This document shows, in pieces, positions 42,133-51,799 of a stretch of 64,000 nt of DNA. The translations under genes and the position numbers were made by a program. Each line of letters opens with the position of its first letter. Positions within the stretch are counted from its first letter, which is position 1. Under the pieces are notes generated by a model. That model ran no database searches. It worked only from the letters and a program-made list of their open reading frames with translations, and was not told the origin of the DNA. Origin of the DNA: a virus (Duplodnaviria > Caudoviricetes); the IMG/VR virus record IMGVR_UViG_3300024262_000013, one strand, 5' to 3'.

Positions 42133-42473
42133 TGGAATTAGTAATTTGGTTAGTAGCCGCATATGGGATGAGTCAGATATTAGTGTACGGCTCAATTTTT
42201 AATGGTTTTAGAGATAGTATACACAGATGGGGTGAAAATAAATTATCACCTTTTAACTTTTTAGGTTCATTTTTATCAGGGTTAATTTCTTGCATGATGT
42301 GTACATCGACATGGGTTGGATTTGTGATGAGTGCGATTTGGTCACCATTTGTTAGTGTTTTAGAAACTAATATAGTTATTGGTGTTTTCTTTGATGGTAT
42401 GTTAGCATCTGGTGGTGTATGGATTATAAACACAATAGTTGATTGGTTTGAAGAGACTAAAAGTAATGGATGA
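42132..42473 (+). CDS. membrane protein, DUF1360-like
   Basis: Hydrophobic segments with LISCMMCTSTW motif. Confidence 0.55.
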   Translation: MELVIWLVAAYGMSQILVYGSIFNGFRDSIHRWGENKLSPFNFLGSFLSGLISCMMCTSTWVGFVMSAIWSPFVSVLETNIVIGVFFDGMLASGGVWIINTIVDWFEETKSNG

Positions 42474-42687
42474 AGAAATAAAAGAAGTTAAGTATTACTT
42501 AATACCGGGTGATTGGAGATTAGTTTTTAAAATAATCGCAATGATAGTTAGTTGGTACTTCAATAAATCATTATTTTGGTTAGTGATTCACTACCTATTT
42601 GGGTGGATATACTTAGTGTATATACTATTAACAGGTGAGTTTTCTAATGGGGGATTTACTGATATGGTTAATCATTACATCAATTAG
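42466..42687 (+). CDS. small membrane protein
   Basis: ATG 42466 preferred; SWYFNKSLFWLVIHYLFGWIYLVY. Confidence 0.6.
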   Translation: MDEEIKEVKYYLIPGDWRLVFKIIAMIVSWYFNKSLFWLVIHYLFGWIYLVYILLTGEFSNGGFTDMVNHYIN

Positions 42688-43109
42688 AACCATCTATTTT
42701 TCTTAAAGTAATAAAACATACCTACTATTGTAAAAATAGTTAAACCTAAAAAAACCCAAAATCCGTGGTCACCGGTTAGTAAAGGAACATCATCAAAGTT
42801 CATTCCCCACATACCGGTATAGAAAGATAAGGGTAGAAAAATAGTTGACCATATGGTTAGTAAATTTAATTTACGATTCATTTTTTCGGTTTGGTCCTTA
42901 TCAAAAGCAGTATCTAGGTTATCCATTAAAGATAAAAGAATATCAATTTTAGTGTCTTTAGGGTTCTCTAATTTATACAGTAACATTTCTTTTTTCACTT
43001 GATAAAGGTCCATTTCATCAAAATTAGGGTGATTATTCTCAAGACCTTTTTCAAGTTCAGTAACTTTCTGATTAAAAAATTCTATTTTTTCCATATATCC
43101 ATTATCCAT
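42684..43109 (-). CDS. truncated CorA-family protein (stalk + 2 TM, GMN motif)
   Basis: MNRKLNLLTIWSTIFLPLSFYTGMWGMNFDDVP; only 141 aa. Confidence 0.75.
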   Translation of the reverse strand: MDNGYMEKIEFFNQKVTELEKGLENNHPNFDEMDLYQVKKEMLLYKLENPKDTKIDILLSLMDNLDTAFDKDQTEKMNRKLNLLTIWSTIFLPLSFYTGMWGMNFDDVPLLTGDHGFWVFLGLTIFTIVGMFYYFKKNRWF

Positions 43110-43288
43110 AATAAACTTTCCATTCCATACATTATCCCAATAAACATTAATCCATAATGTGTATAACCATTGTTGACTCCTCCACTAAAATCTTGTATAA
43201 TTGATGGTATAGTAGAGACAATAATTGAGACCGAGAATAAAAGTTTAACAACTTTATGGGAAAGTATTTTTGTTAGTTGTTCTCTCAT
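43082..43288 (-). CDS. small 2-TM membrane protein (68 aa)
   Basis: ATG 43288 lies 3 nt after TATTTATT; MREQLTKILSHKVVKLLFSVSIIVST... Confidence 0.6.
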   Translation of the reverse strand: MREQLTKILSHKVVKLLFSVSIIVSTIPSIIQDFSGGVNNGYTHYGLMFIGIMYGMESLLWIMDIWKK

Positions 43289-43315
43289 ATTAATAAATAT
43301 ATAAAAATTAAAATT

Positions 43316-43528
43316 ATGCCAAAAAGTAAAACAAGAGGTGGTGCAACCGCTCACCGTAAAAGAGTCCAACAACGAAATCAAAAGATTCAAGGACTACAAA
43401 AAAGAATGCAGGAGGAGTATAACGCTGAAATGACTAAGAGATTAGATGAGTATAAAAAATCGTTATCCGCAGACACTAAAAATGATGAGGTAGTTGCGGG
43501 TGAGCAACCACTTAATCTTAAAATGTAG
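43316..43528 (+). CDS. small basic helical protein
   Basis: MPKSKTRGGATAHRKRVQQRNQK; ATG 43316 with A-rich leader. Confidence 0.6.
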   Translation: MPKSKTRGGATAHRKRVQQRNQKIQGLQKRMQEEYNAEMTKRLDEYKKSLSADTKNDEVVAGEQPLNLKM

Positions 43529-43536
43529 TATTAGTG

Positions 43537-45912
43537 ATGGATTTATTTAATCCACCAAAAGAATTAAATTATAGTTATATGAACCATAAACTAAATGTAG
43601 ATACTTTAGAAAATCCTTACATACAAGTTGTTTGGGAGGACACTCCGGATAATTTTACTCAAGAAAGATTAAAGAGAGTTAGGTCTTATTTTGAAAAAAA
43701 ATATAAATCTAAAAATGTTAATGTCATAACGAAAGTTAAGGCCGATGATATGGATATGCAATCTGTTGACGTATCTATGAATATTTTAGACGACAACTTT
43801 CAAAAAGAATTAATAAAGAAATATCTCATCTCTAATGGTTACGAAAAGACTTTAGATGAGATATTAAGTATTGATGGATTAGTAGAGGATAAAATAGCTT
43901 CAGAAAAATCAGATATAACCCCATTCAAAAAATGGTATATAAAGAATATTGAGTTCTCTAATTTCTTATCTTTTGGTGATAATCAAGTATTGGATTTTGA
44001 AAAAGTATCGGGTATAACTGCGGTAGAATCTAATCCACCTAATTTTGGGGGTAAAACAGTACTAACGGTAGACCTTCTATTGTTCTTGTTCTTTAACACC
44101 ACTACTAAAACCAATAAGGCGGAGGAAATATTTAACAGATTCAGAAATAAAGATAAAGTTGTAGTTAAAGGAGAAATTCAAATTGATGGCGAGGATTATA
44201 TAATTGTACGCGAAGTAAATCGTAAATTAAAAAGAAATAAAATAGAATATACTGTTAGTACTAGTTTAGAGTTTTTTAAGAAATTATCAGATGGTAGTCT
44301 TCAAAATTTTACTGGTGAACAGAGAAGAGAAACTGAAGAGTTTATTAAAAAATCCATAGGCACTATGGATGACTTCTTAATGACAATATTAACAACATCA
44401 ACTAATTTAGAAGAATTAATCGACTGTAAACCAACAGCAAGGGGTCAGGTATTATCAAGATTTTTAGGTTTAGATTCACTTAAACTAAAAGAAGATGTTG
44501 CAAAGGAAATAACGTCAAACTATAGTAAAGGAATGATTTCAAACATATATAATGTTGAATCTCTAAAAGAGGAGATTGATATTGCTAAAATGGATATAGC
44601 TCAAGAAAATATAAATATTCAAACATATGTTGATGAACTTAATAATGTTAATGGTAGAATTGAGAAAGGTCACGGATATCGAGATGATTTGATTAAGAAA
44701 AAACATACAGGGTTAGATAATGAATTACTAAGAATTAATCCTGAATTAATGGAGAATGAAATTAAGGAATATGGTTCACGAATAGGGACAACCCTTAAAG
44801 AACTCACAACTATTAATGTGATTGAACCATCAAAATATTACCATGAAGATGAGCATGATGATGTAAAGGAGTTACTATCTGAAGAAAAAATTAAAATGGG
44901 TACTATGTCGTCTAAGAGAGACGATATTACTGAAGAACTAAAAACTTTTGAGGGAGGTTTGGAATGTCAGTATTGTGGGATAGTGTTAGCTCAATCTACT
45001 TATACCGAAAATAAGAAAAAGGAATTAAAAACTTTAATAAGTGATGTTGTGGAGATGTTAGCTACTGTTGATTTGTTAACAGGAAAAGAAAAATCATTCG
45101 TTGAACTTAAAAAAGACTTTGACCAATATGAAAGAAATAAGTTAATTAAGGAAAAATTTGAAATTCAACTAGAGACCCTAGAGTTGAAAAAGAATGGGTT
45201 AGAAGATAGACTTAGACGTTTCAAAGAGGTACAGATTAAATTAGAAGATAATAAAAAAATAGACGAAACTATTCTTAAAGCTGATATGAGGTTAGATGTT
45301 TTAACTGTGGAAAGAGATGGTGTAAACACTAAAATTAGTGATTCTAAAAATAACATTAAAAATAGGGATTCTAAAATTGTTGAGAATAATGAATTTATTG
45401 TTAGAATTAAAACTGAAGAAAAAAAATTAAGACTATATAAAATATACTTAGAACTATTTGGTAAAAAGGGTATTACTAAGATGATTATGAGAAGTATGAT
45501 GCCAGTTATTAACTCTGAATTACAAAGACTTTTAGTTGATTCGGCAGAGTTTAAATTAGAGGTTAGGGTTTCAGAAAAAGATGAGGTAGAATTTTGGATG
45601 GTTGATAATAATACCGGTATTGAAAAATTAATGAGTTCAGGTTCAGGATATGAGAGGTCTATAGCGTCATTGGCGTTAAGAGCGGTATTAAGTAAAGTTT
45701 GTTCATTACCTAAGCCAAACATAGTTGTATTTGATGAAGTATTTGGTAAAATTTCTAATGAAAATTTAGAGATGGTATCTCAATTTTTCCAAAAAATTAA
45801 AGAATACTTTGAAAAAATATTCGTAATAACTCATAATCCTTTAGTGAGTCAATGGGCAGATACTGTAGTGAAAATAAATAAAGAAAATAATATTTCAAAA
45901 GTAGAGCAATGA
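43537..45912 (+). CDS. SbcC/Rad50 (gp46-like) ABC ATPase with N-terminal extension
   Basis: IEFSNFLSFG, atypical Walker A NPPNFGGKT, CQYC Zn hook, SGYE signature, VVFDEVFG, ITH. Confidence 0.88.
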   Translation: MDLFNPPKELNYSYMNHKLNVDTLENPYIQVVWEDTPDNFTQERLKRVRSYFEKKYKSKNVNVITKVKADDMDMQSVDVSMNILDDNFQKELIKKYLISNGYEKTLDEILSIDGLVEDKIASEKSDITPFKKWYIKNIEFSNFLSFGDNQVLDFEKVSGITAVESNPPNFGGKTVLTVDLLLFLFFNTTTKTNKAEEIFNRFRNKDKVVVKGEIQIDGEDYIIVREVNRKLKRNKIEYTVSTSLEFFKKLSDGSLQNFTGEQRRETEEFIKKSIGTMDDFLMTILTTSTNLEELIDCKPTARGQVLSRFLGLDSLKLKEDVAKEITSNYSKGMISNIYNVESLKEEIDIAKMDIAQENINIQTYVDELNNVNGRIEKGHGYRDDLIKKKHTGLDNELLRINPELMENEIKEYGSRIGTTLKELTTINVIEPSKYYHEDEHDDVKELLSEEKIKMGTMSSKRDDITEELKTFEGGLECQYCGIVLAQSTYTENKKKELKTLISDVVEMLATVDLLTGKEKSFVELKKDFDQYERNKLIKEKFEIQLETLELKKNGLEDRLRRFKEVQIKLEDNKKIDETILKADMRLDVLTVERDGVNTKISDSKNNIKNRDSKIVENNEFIVRIKTEEKKLRLYKIYLELFGKKGITKMIMRSMMPVINSELQRLLVDSAEFKLEVRVSEKDEVEFWMVDNNTGIEKLMSSGSGYERSIASLALRAVLSKVCSLPKPNIVVFDEVFGKISNENLEMVSQFFQKIKEYFEKIFVITHNPLVSQWADTVVKINKENNISKVEQ

Positions 45913-46814
45913 TAAAAATAATAGTTACAGGTGGAATGGGGTTCATCGGGTCTCATTTCGTTAATAAATTAAAAGAAAGTGTAATTGATTGTGAGATTAC
46001 TGTCATAGATAAATTAACATACGCGGCAAACCCTAATAATCTTAATACTCAAGTTAAGTTCATTAAAGAGGATATATGTAGTTTAACGGAATTACCCGAT
46101 TGTGATTATATTATTCATTTTGCGGCTGAATCCCATGTAGATAATTCCATTGAAGACGGTAGACCATTTGTGAGAACAAATGTTGAGGGGACCTTTAATA
46201 TGGTTGAGTTAGCTTTAAAAATTAAGGGGTTAAAAAAGTTTATACATATATCTACAGATGAGGTATATGGTGACATGAAAGATTACGGTTTGGATGTAAC
46301 TGCAGATGAAGATTTTTCATTAGTTGGGTCATCTTATTATTCCGCAACTAAGGCTTCTTCAGATTTAATAGTTCAATCTGCGGGTAGAACATTTGGTTTA
46401 CCTTATATCATTACTAGAACTTGTAATAATTTTGGTGAGAATCAACATTCTGAAAAGATGGTACCTAAAATCATCAAGATGATTAAAAATGATGAACCTA
46501 TTCCGGTATACGGTGATGGTGAACAGATAAGGGAATGGATACATGCTGACGATAATGCTCAATCAATAATTAATATAATGTTATCGGACGAAGTTAATCA
46601 AGTTTTTAATATTGGTAGTGGTTATCGTATCACTAATAATCAATTAATTAAAATTGTCTCAGAGATAGCAGGAAAAGATGTTAAATTTGAATATGTTAAA
46701 GATAGGTTAGGTCATGATAGAAAATATGCATTAAACATATCTAAGTATAATGAAAAATTCGGTAATTTAATATATATTGACCTTAAAGAATGGTTAACAA
46801 AAATTATAGGTTAA
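45909..46814 (+). CDS. rmlB: dTDP-glucose 4,6-dehydratase
   Basis: GGMGFIGSHF, HFAAESHVDNSI, STDEVYG, YSATK, REWIH, DRLGHDRKY. Confidence 0.85.
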   Translation: MIKIIVTGGMGFIGSHFVNKLKESVIDCEITVIDKLTYAANPNNLNTQVKFIKEDICSLTELPDCDYIIHFAAESHVDNSIEDGRPFVRTNVEGTFNMVELALKIKGLKKFIHISTDEVYGDMKDYGLDVTADEDFSLVGSSYYSATKASSDLIVQSAGRTFGLPYIITRTCNNFGENQHSEKMVPKIIKMIKNDEPIPVYGDGEQIREWIHADDNAQSIINIMLSDEVNQVFNIGSGYRITNNQLIKIVSEIAGKDVKFEYVKDRLGHDRKYALNISKYNEKFGNLIYIDLKEWLTKIIG

Positions 46815-46815
46815 G

Positions 46816-47268
46816 ATGGAATGGGATAGGTATTTTTTAAATATTGCTGAACAGGTAAAAGAAAAGAGTAAGGACCAACGAACACACATAGGTGCGGTTA
46901 TAGTTGGTAAAGACAATGAAATTGTTTCAACAGGGTATAACTCATTTCCCCGTGGTATCGATGATGATGTAGATGAACGTCAAGTTAGACCTGAAAAGTA
47001 TTATTGGTTTGAGCATGCGGAAAGAAATGCGATATATAACGCGGCACGTATAGGGGTTAGTTTAAGAGACACTACGATGTACTTGACCTGTGGTATACCT
47101 TGTAGTGATTGTGCTCGTGGAATCATATCGTCAGGGGTTATACGTATCTATTGTAAGGATAAAGATACTACCCGAAATCGACAACATTGGGACGAACATG
47201 CTCTTCGAAGTAAACAAATGTTTGAAGAGAGCGGTGTTGAGGTTATTTTTTATGACGGAAACTTGTGA
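46816..47268 (+). CDS. dCMP deaminase
   Basis: STGYN, HAERNAI, PCSDC. Confidence 0.88.
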   Translation: MEWDRYFLNIAEQVKEKSKDQRTHIGAVIVGKDNEIVSTGYNSFPRGIDDDVDERQVRPEKYYWFEHAERNAIYNAARIGVSLRDTTMYLTCGIPCSDCARGIISSGVIRIYCKDKDTTRNRQHWDEHALRSKQMFEESGVEVIFYDGNL

Positions 47269-47293
47269 GATTCATTTTTTTATTGTAGTTTTG
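47263..47293 (+). promoter_or_regulatory. Bacteroidota-type promoter
   Basis: TTG-20 nt-TAGTTTTG upstream of 47317. Confidence 0.55.
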
Positions 47294-47316
47294 TTATATA
47301 AATAAAAATAAAAGTT

Positions 47317-47547
47317 ATGTTAGATTTAAATAAAGAAATGGCTTGGGTTACATTCATGAACAATGGGTGGCAAACAAAATGGTTTCCAGTGTTATGTCCA
47401 ATCACGGGAGAACAACAAGAGTTTGATGGTGAGTTAACAATGAATCATTGTAGGTCTCAATTCAACAATAAAGATAATTGGGTTAGTTTTGGAATCGCTC
47501 CAACTTCCCAAATGATTATAGAGAATTCAGTTAGAGATAATTTATAA
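47317..47547 (+). CDS. hypothetical protein
   Basis: 76 aa downstream of a Bacteroidota-type promoter; its 3' end is part of the 42-bp repeat. Confidence 0.65.
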   Translation: MLDLNKEMAWVTFMNNGWQTKWFPVLCPITGEQQEFDGELTMNHCRSQFNNKDNWVSFGIAPTSQMIIENSVRDNL

Positions 47548-47562
47548 GAAATGGAAAAGAAA
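47521..47562 (+). repeat. 42-bp direct repeat, copy 1
   Basis: GAGAATTCAGTTAGAGATAATTTATAAGAAATGGAAAAGAAA. Confidence 0.9.
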
Positions 47563-47952
47563 CAGATTAAACAATCGAAAATACCTCAAAACAGAGTTTC
47601 AGAAACCCCAGAACAATGGGTAATCATCAGAATACCAACTGAAGATAATATTGATGTTCCATACTACAAAGTATTTGCGGGGTGGAGAGGTGGATATCTT
47701 GATGGTGATAGATGGAGACTTAATAGTGGTATTACTAGAGTAGAAGAAGATGATGATTATTATTATTTCTATGGTTATAGTGGAAGTTGTTATAAATGTC
47801 ATAAGAATGCCTATGGGTTAAAGAATGAGCGGTATTATTTTAGTTTATATGTTCAGGGTGTATTAGCGGATATAATAGGTAAGGATAATCTTAGTGATAT
47901 AAATTTAGAGGTAATGTCGGAAGATACAAATTGGAACGAATTAACAAAATGA
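47551..47952 (+). CDS. conserved phage hypothetical protein
   Basis: YYKVFAGWRGGYLDGDRWRLNSGIT...SGSCYKC. Confidence 0.7.
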   Translation: MEKKQIKQSKIPQNRVSETPEQWVIIRIPTEDNIDVPYYKVFAGWRGGYLDGDRWRLNSGITRVEEDDDYYYFYGYSGSCYKCHKNAYGLKNERYYFSLYVQGVLADIIGKDNLSDINLEVMSEDTNWNELTK

Positions 47953-48221
47953 AAATAGAATTATTTAATCACCAAATGGAAGAACAAGGAATTTTATTAG
48001 AAGAAGCATCGTTTAAGTTTTCACAAGATGCTAATTGTTTATCAAACGAAGATGAATATGAATCTTTAGAAATAGAAGTACAAAGTTCACTAGGCATAGA
48101 TAGAGATGAAGATTATTTCTTTGTATTAAAGACAGAAAAATGGTCAGTAAATGGAGTAGAAGAATTAGAAAAAATATTTAATAGAATTAGAAAGGTAGTA
48201 ATTAATCATGGGAAAAAGTAA
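47949..48221 (+). CDS. hypothetical protein
   Basis: ATGA-coupled start at 47949; acidic. Confidence 0.6.
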   Translation: MKIELFNHQMEEQGILLEEASFKFSQDANCLSNEDEYESLEIEVQSSLGIDRDEDYFFVLKTEKWSVNGVEELEKIFNRIRKVVINHGKK

Positions 48222-48852
48222 ATTTGAATTTAAAGATAATAGAACCTTTAGTGAAAAGGTTATGTCATTCGCAAAAATGTTGTTATATAGTGTATTGTTC
48301 TGGAAGGGTCGTTCTAAAGGAATGATTTACACAATGAATATCGGATTCAAAGATGTTTGGGAGGTTTTCTTTCCAAAGGACTTCGGCCAAAAATACAGAT
48401 ACTTAGGAACAAGCGTTTGGCGAGAAGAGAGTAGATATTATAAAGCCTTATTTCCATTAGTTCTTGCATTAGATTATGAAGCAAAACCTAAATGGTGTCC
48501 AAGATGGTTCTTAAGATTTTTGCACCTTTTCGGTTCAGATAACTCAGTAGTTAGGGTCAGAAATCGTAGACTACATAACCTAGAAAAGAAATTAACTAAG
48601 GGTATTATGTTTGTTGATTGGAAAACCAAATGGTCTGATTATGATTTAAGAATCAGTATTTATGGACCAGAACACTTACAAGAATTAGCAGATGGAATTG
48701 AAAATAGATTTTATAGTAGAGGTAGACAAACTGAATTGGTTGAACAAATCAAAGCAATAAATCCAGAAGCAAATCCAATATGGGGTAGTATTTCTAGACT
48801 GGAAAAAGAATTAGAGGAATTAGAAAATAAACAATTAGAAGATGGAAACTAA
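48208..48852 (+). CDS. hypothetical protein
   Basis: 214 aa ORF in an overlapping run. Confidence 0.65.
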   Translation: MGKSKFEFKDNRTFSEKVMSFAKMLLYSVLFWKGRSKGMIYTMNIGFKDVWEVFFPKDFGQKYRYLGTSVWREESRYYKALFPLVLALDYEAKPKWCPRWFLRFLHLFGSDNSVVRVRNRRLHNLEKKLTKGIMFVDWKTKWSDYDLRISIYGPEHLQELADGIENRFYSRGRQTELVEQIKAINPEANPIWGSISRLEKELEELENKQLEDGN

Positions 48853-49141
48853 AAAAAGATTAAGTAGAGAAGAAAAACGTGAACAAGCAGTAGTTGATTT
48901 AATCAATCAAATGTTTATTATTGCTGGGCATGATGTTACCTACGATGATGTTTTAGGTGTAGAGGATTGGTTTCAAAAATACACAATGACTGTTGAACAA
49001 GGTGATGAATTTAAAAAATGGGGTAAAAAATACCTCATGAAAAACTTAAACAGCTATGCTAAACAAGCAGAACGTGAAATGCAATGGTTTAGCCTTCAAT
49101 GGGGTTTAAAAATAAAGGATTATGACAGAACAACAAATTAA
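48842..49141 (+). CDS. hypothetical protein
   Basis: 99 aa ORF in an overlapping run. Confidence 0.65.
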   Translation: METKKRLSREEKREQAVVDLINQMFIIAGHDVTYDDVLGVEDWFQKYTMTVEQGDEFKKWGKKYLMKNLNSYAKQAEREMQWFSLQWGLKIKDYDRTTN

Positions 49142-49202
49142 AGATTTAGGATTTGAAATACAACATGAAACATCTGAGAATTCAGTTAGAGATAATTTAT
49201 AA
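49122..49202 (+). pseudogene. 26-codon chimeric gene remnant
   Basis: MTEQQIKDLGFEIQHETSENSVRDNL*; the last 8 codons are identical to the end of 47317..47547. Confidence 0.45.
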
Positions 49203-49217
49203 GAAATGGAAAAGAAA
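49176..49217 (+). repeat. 42-bp direct repeat, copy 2
   Basis: Identical to 47521-47562. Confidence 0.9.
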
Positions 49218-49670
49218 ACAGTAATATTTGATTTAGATGGAACATTAGCTCTTATTGATGATAGGAGAAAGGTATCCACTAAAGATAATGGTAAAATTGA
49301 TTGGGATATTTTTTTTAATCCTGATAACGTTACCATGGACCAACCTAATGATGTTGTTATTAATATAGCTCAAACCTTAAAAGATTGTGGACATAGAATC
49401 GTAATTTTATCTGGAAGAAGTAAAGGAACTAAAGAGGCTACTCGTGATTGGTTAAAATTACATAACGTACCTTTTGATGTGTTAAAATTGAGACCAACAT
49501 CTAACGAGTTTAAGTTTATGCCTGACGATGAATTAAAGAAAAGGTGGTTAGACCAATTATTTACGAATACCGATGACGTACATTGTGTGTTTGACGATAG
49601 AGACAAGGTAGTAAAGATGTGGAGAGATAATGGATTAACTTGTTTTCAAGTGGCTCCAGGTAATTTTTAA
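49206..49670 (+). CDS. HAD-family phosphatase (PseT/PNKP 3'-phosphatase-like)
   Basis: IFDLDGTLA, ILSGR, FDDR..VVKMWR..GLTCFQV. Confidence 0.82.
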   Translation: MEKKTVIFDLDGTLALIDDRRKVSTKDNGKIDWDIFFNPDNVTMDQPNDVVINIAQTLKDCGHRIVILSGRSKGTKEATRDWLKLHNVPFDVLKLRPTSNEFKFMPDDELKKRWLDQLFTNTDDVHCVFDDRDKVVKMWRDNGLTCFQVAPGNF

Positions 49671-49686
49671 ACTTAAAATAAAAAAA

Positions 49687-50223
49687 ATGATAAAAGAATT
49701 AACGTATAAGAAAAGAGGGGTAGATGAGTATTACCCACCACTCAAATATTATAAGATGAAAGATGGTACACATGTTGCCATATATCAAGGATTCAGAGGT
49801 AGTAACCCTGATTTAGATTTCATTGTCAAATATCGAGAGCCGGAAAAAAGATTAAGAACTCCAAGTCATACCCATTGGATTGTTGATTTACTTGTTAAAT
49901 GTGAGTACAATAAAGGGTTAGTTAGGGGGTTCGTTTATAATATGTTAGATAAGTATGACCAAATGGAACCATTCAGGACTGTCGATGAAAGGGATAATTA
50001 TGAGTTAACGGTAAAAGACGGGTTAGACAATGTTTATGATGAACTTAATGGTCACGGTTATTATCGAATGGATACGTTAACCGCGTTTATTGAACTATTT
50101 ATTAGATGTGAAAAACAAAGTGAAGGTGCATTCATGTTTAAAGCCTTATTACAGTTAATTTTAGATTACTGTGATGGAATAAAAGATTTTTACCAAATAG
50201 TTGGTTATTCAAAAAGAGTGTAG
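49687..50223 (+). CDS. hypothetical protein
   Basis: 178 aa; RTPSHTHWIVDL motif, family not recognised. Confidence 0.65.
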   Translation: MIKELTYKKRGVDEYYPPLKYYKMKDGTHVAIYQGFRGSNPDLDFIVKYREPEKRLRTPSHTHWIVDLLVKCEYNKGLVRGFVYNMLDKYDQMEPFRTVDERDNYELTVKDGLDNVYDELNGHGYYRMDTLTAFIELFIRCEKQSEGAFMFKALLQLILDYCDGIKDFYQIVGYSKRV

Positions 50224-50224
50224 T

Positions 50225-51091
50225 ATGGATATATTAGTTACTGGAGGAGCTGGTTTTGTTGGTTCTAATTTAATAAAAAGTTTAGTTAAGAAATATCCTA
50301 ACTCGAATATAGTATCTGTCGATAATTACTTTACCGGCAAAAAAGATAACCATATTGACTCCCCAAATGTAACCTATTTAGATATATCGGTTAATGAGTA
50401 CCTTGATAGTGGTGGGGGAGTAATACCTGAGATAGTCTACCATTTTGGGGAATATTCAAGAATAGTTAAATCATTTGACGATATTGATTACCTTATTGAG
50501 ACTAATTTGTATTCAACATCTAAATTAATTGAAAAATGTAAACAATGGGGTAGTAAGATAATCTACTCAGCCTCATCATCAAAGTTTGGTAATGAAGGTA
50601 AAGATGAAAATTTGTCACCATATGCTTGGGTTAAAGCTAAAATGGTTGAATTAATTAAAAACTATGGCATTTGGTATGGTCTAAATTATGAGATAGTTTA
50701 CTTCTATAATGTTTATGGTTATGGACAAATTGAATATGGCGATTACGCCACAGTTATTGGTATTTTTGAGAGACAATATCGAAATGGTGAAGAATTAACT
50801 GTAGTTTCACCCGGAACTCAAGAACGCGATTTCACACATATTGAAGATATAGTTGAAGGAACAATTCTTATCACATATCAGAATTTAAATCATGAGTGGT
50901 ACCTTAGGTCAGGTCAACCTAAAACTATTATTGAGGTTGCTAATTTATTTGGTGAGTGGACTATGGTTGACAAGAGAAGGGGTGAGAGACAAACCGCTGA
51001 CATCGTTAAGAATGATACTCAACAATTATTAGGGTGGACACCAAAAAATAGTGTTGAGGATTATATTTTAACAATAAAAAATACTTTATAG
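50225..51091 (+). CDS. NAD-dependent sugar epimerase/dehydratase (extended SDR)
   Basis: ILVTGGAGFVGSNL, YSASSS, YAWVK, FYNVYG, RDFTHIED; ATG 50225. Confidence 0.85.
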   Translation: MDILVTGGAGFVGSNLIKSLVKKYPNSNIVSVDNYFTGKKDNHIDSPNVTYLDISVNEYLDSGGGVIPEIVYHFGEYSRIVKSFDDIDYLIETNLYSTSKLIEKCKQWGSKIIYSASSSKFGNEGKDENLSPYAWVKAKMVELIKNYGIWYGLNYEIVYFYNVYGYGQIEYGDYATVIGIFERQYRNGEELTVVSPGTQERDFTHIEDIVEGTILITYQNLNHEWYLRSGQPKTIIEVANLFGEWTMVDKRRGERQTADIVKNDTQQLLGWTPKNSVEDYILTIKNTL

Positions 51092-51092
51092 T

Positions 51093-51123
51093 TTTGTAAC
51101 TTAATTTTTATTCCTTATCTTTG
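51093..51123 (+). promoter_or_regulatory. Bacteroidota-type primary-sigma promoter
   Basis: TTTG-19 nt-TATCTTTG, matching the -33/-7 consensus. Confidence 0.75.
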
Positions 51124-51142
51124 TAAAACAAACGAGGGAATA

Positions 51143-51694
51143 ATGACAAAAAAATGCGACATAATTGAAACCACAACTATCGAGACTCGATGGGGTGAGA
51201 CTGTTACTCGTAAAAAAATTAAAGATGAGTTTTTTAAAGATTCAAATGTCATTGCTGAAGAACAGAGTACTATAGCTAAAAAAGAAAAAAATGATTGTGT
51301 TGTTAGAGCTATGATGATGTCTTTAGATTTACCTTATGATAAGGCACACAAATTTGTAAAAGATAAACTTAATCGGGTTAATGGTTATGGTACGTATACT
51401 TGTAGGTATATGTCTAATATTATTAATCGTCAGAAAAATGGTAGAAAATTCAAGTTAATGGGGTATCACCCTTCAAGAGCGTATGGTGATAGAAAAAAAC
51501 TCATTAATCCTAAATATAAAAAAGAAACAGGATACACAGTTAAATCCTTTATGGAACAATACCCTAAAGGTAATTATTTTATCATAGTCAAGGGACACGC
51601 ATTAGCGTTGGTTGACGGAATCCTTTACGGTAATCCAGATGAGCAATATAATGGGTTTCGTAGACAAATACATTACGTTATTAGTTGTCAATAA
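51143..51694 (+). CDS. hypothetical protein with possible papain-like C-H-D triad
   Basis: NDCVVRA...GHALALVDG; follows a Bacteroidota-type promoter. Confidence 0.5.
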   Translation: MTKKCDIIETTTIETRWGETVTRKKIKDEFFKDSNVIAEEQSTIAKKEKNDCVVRAMMMSLDLPYDKAHKFVKDKLNRVNGYGTYTCRYMSNIINRQKNGRKFKLMGYHPSRAYGDRKKLINPKYKKETGYTVKSFMEQYPKGNYFIIVKGHALALVDGILYGNPDEQYNGFRRQIHYVISCQ

Positions 51695-51729
51695 ATTTGT
51701 ACCTTATAGTAAAATACTATCTTAAATAT

Positions 51730-51760
51730 TTTGGATAAGTCAAATAATGCCGTATATTTG
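51730..51760 (+). promoter_or_regulatory. Bacteroidota-type primary-sigma promoter
   Basis: TTTG-19 nt-TATATTTG. Confidence 0.75.
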
Positions 51761-51799
51761 TAGAACAATAAGGGTTTAACAATATAAAAAAGGAAAGAT

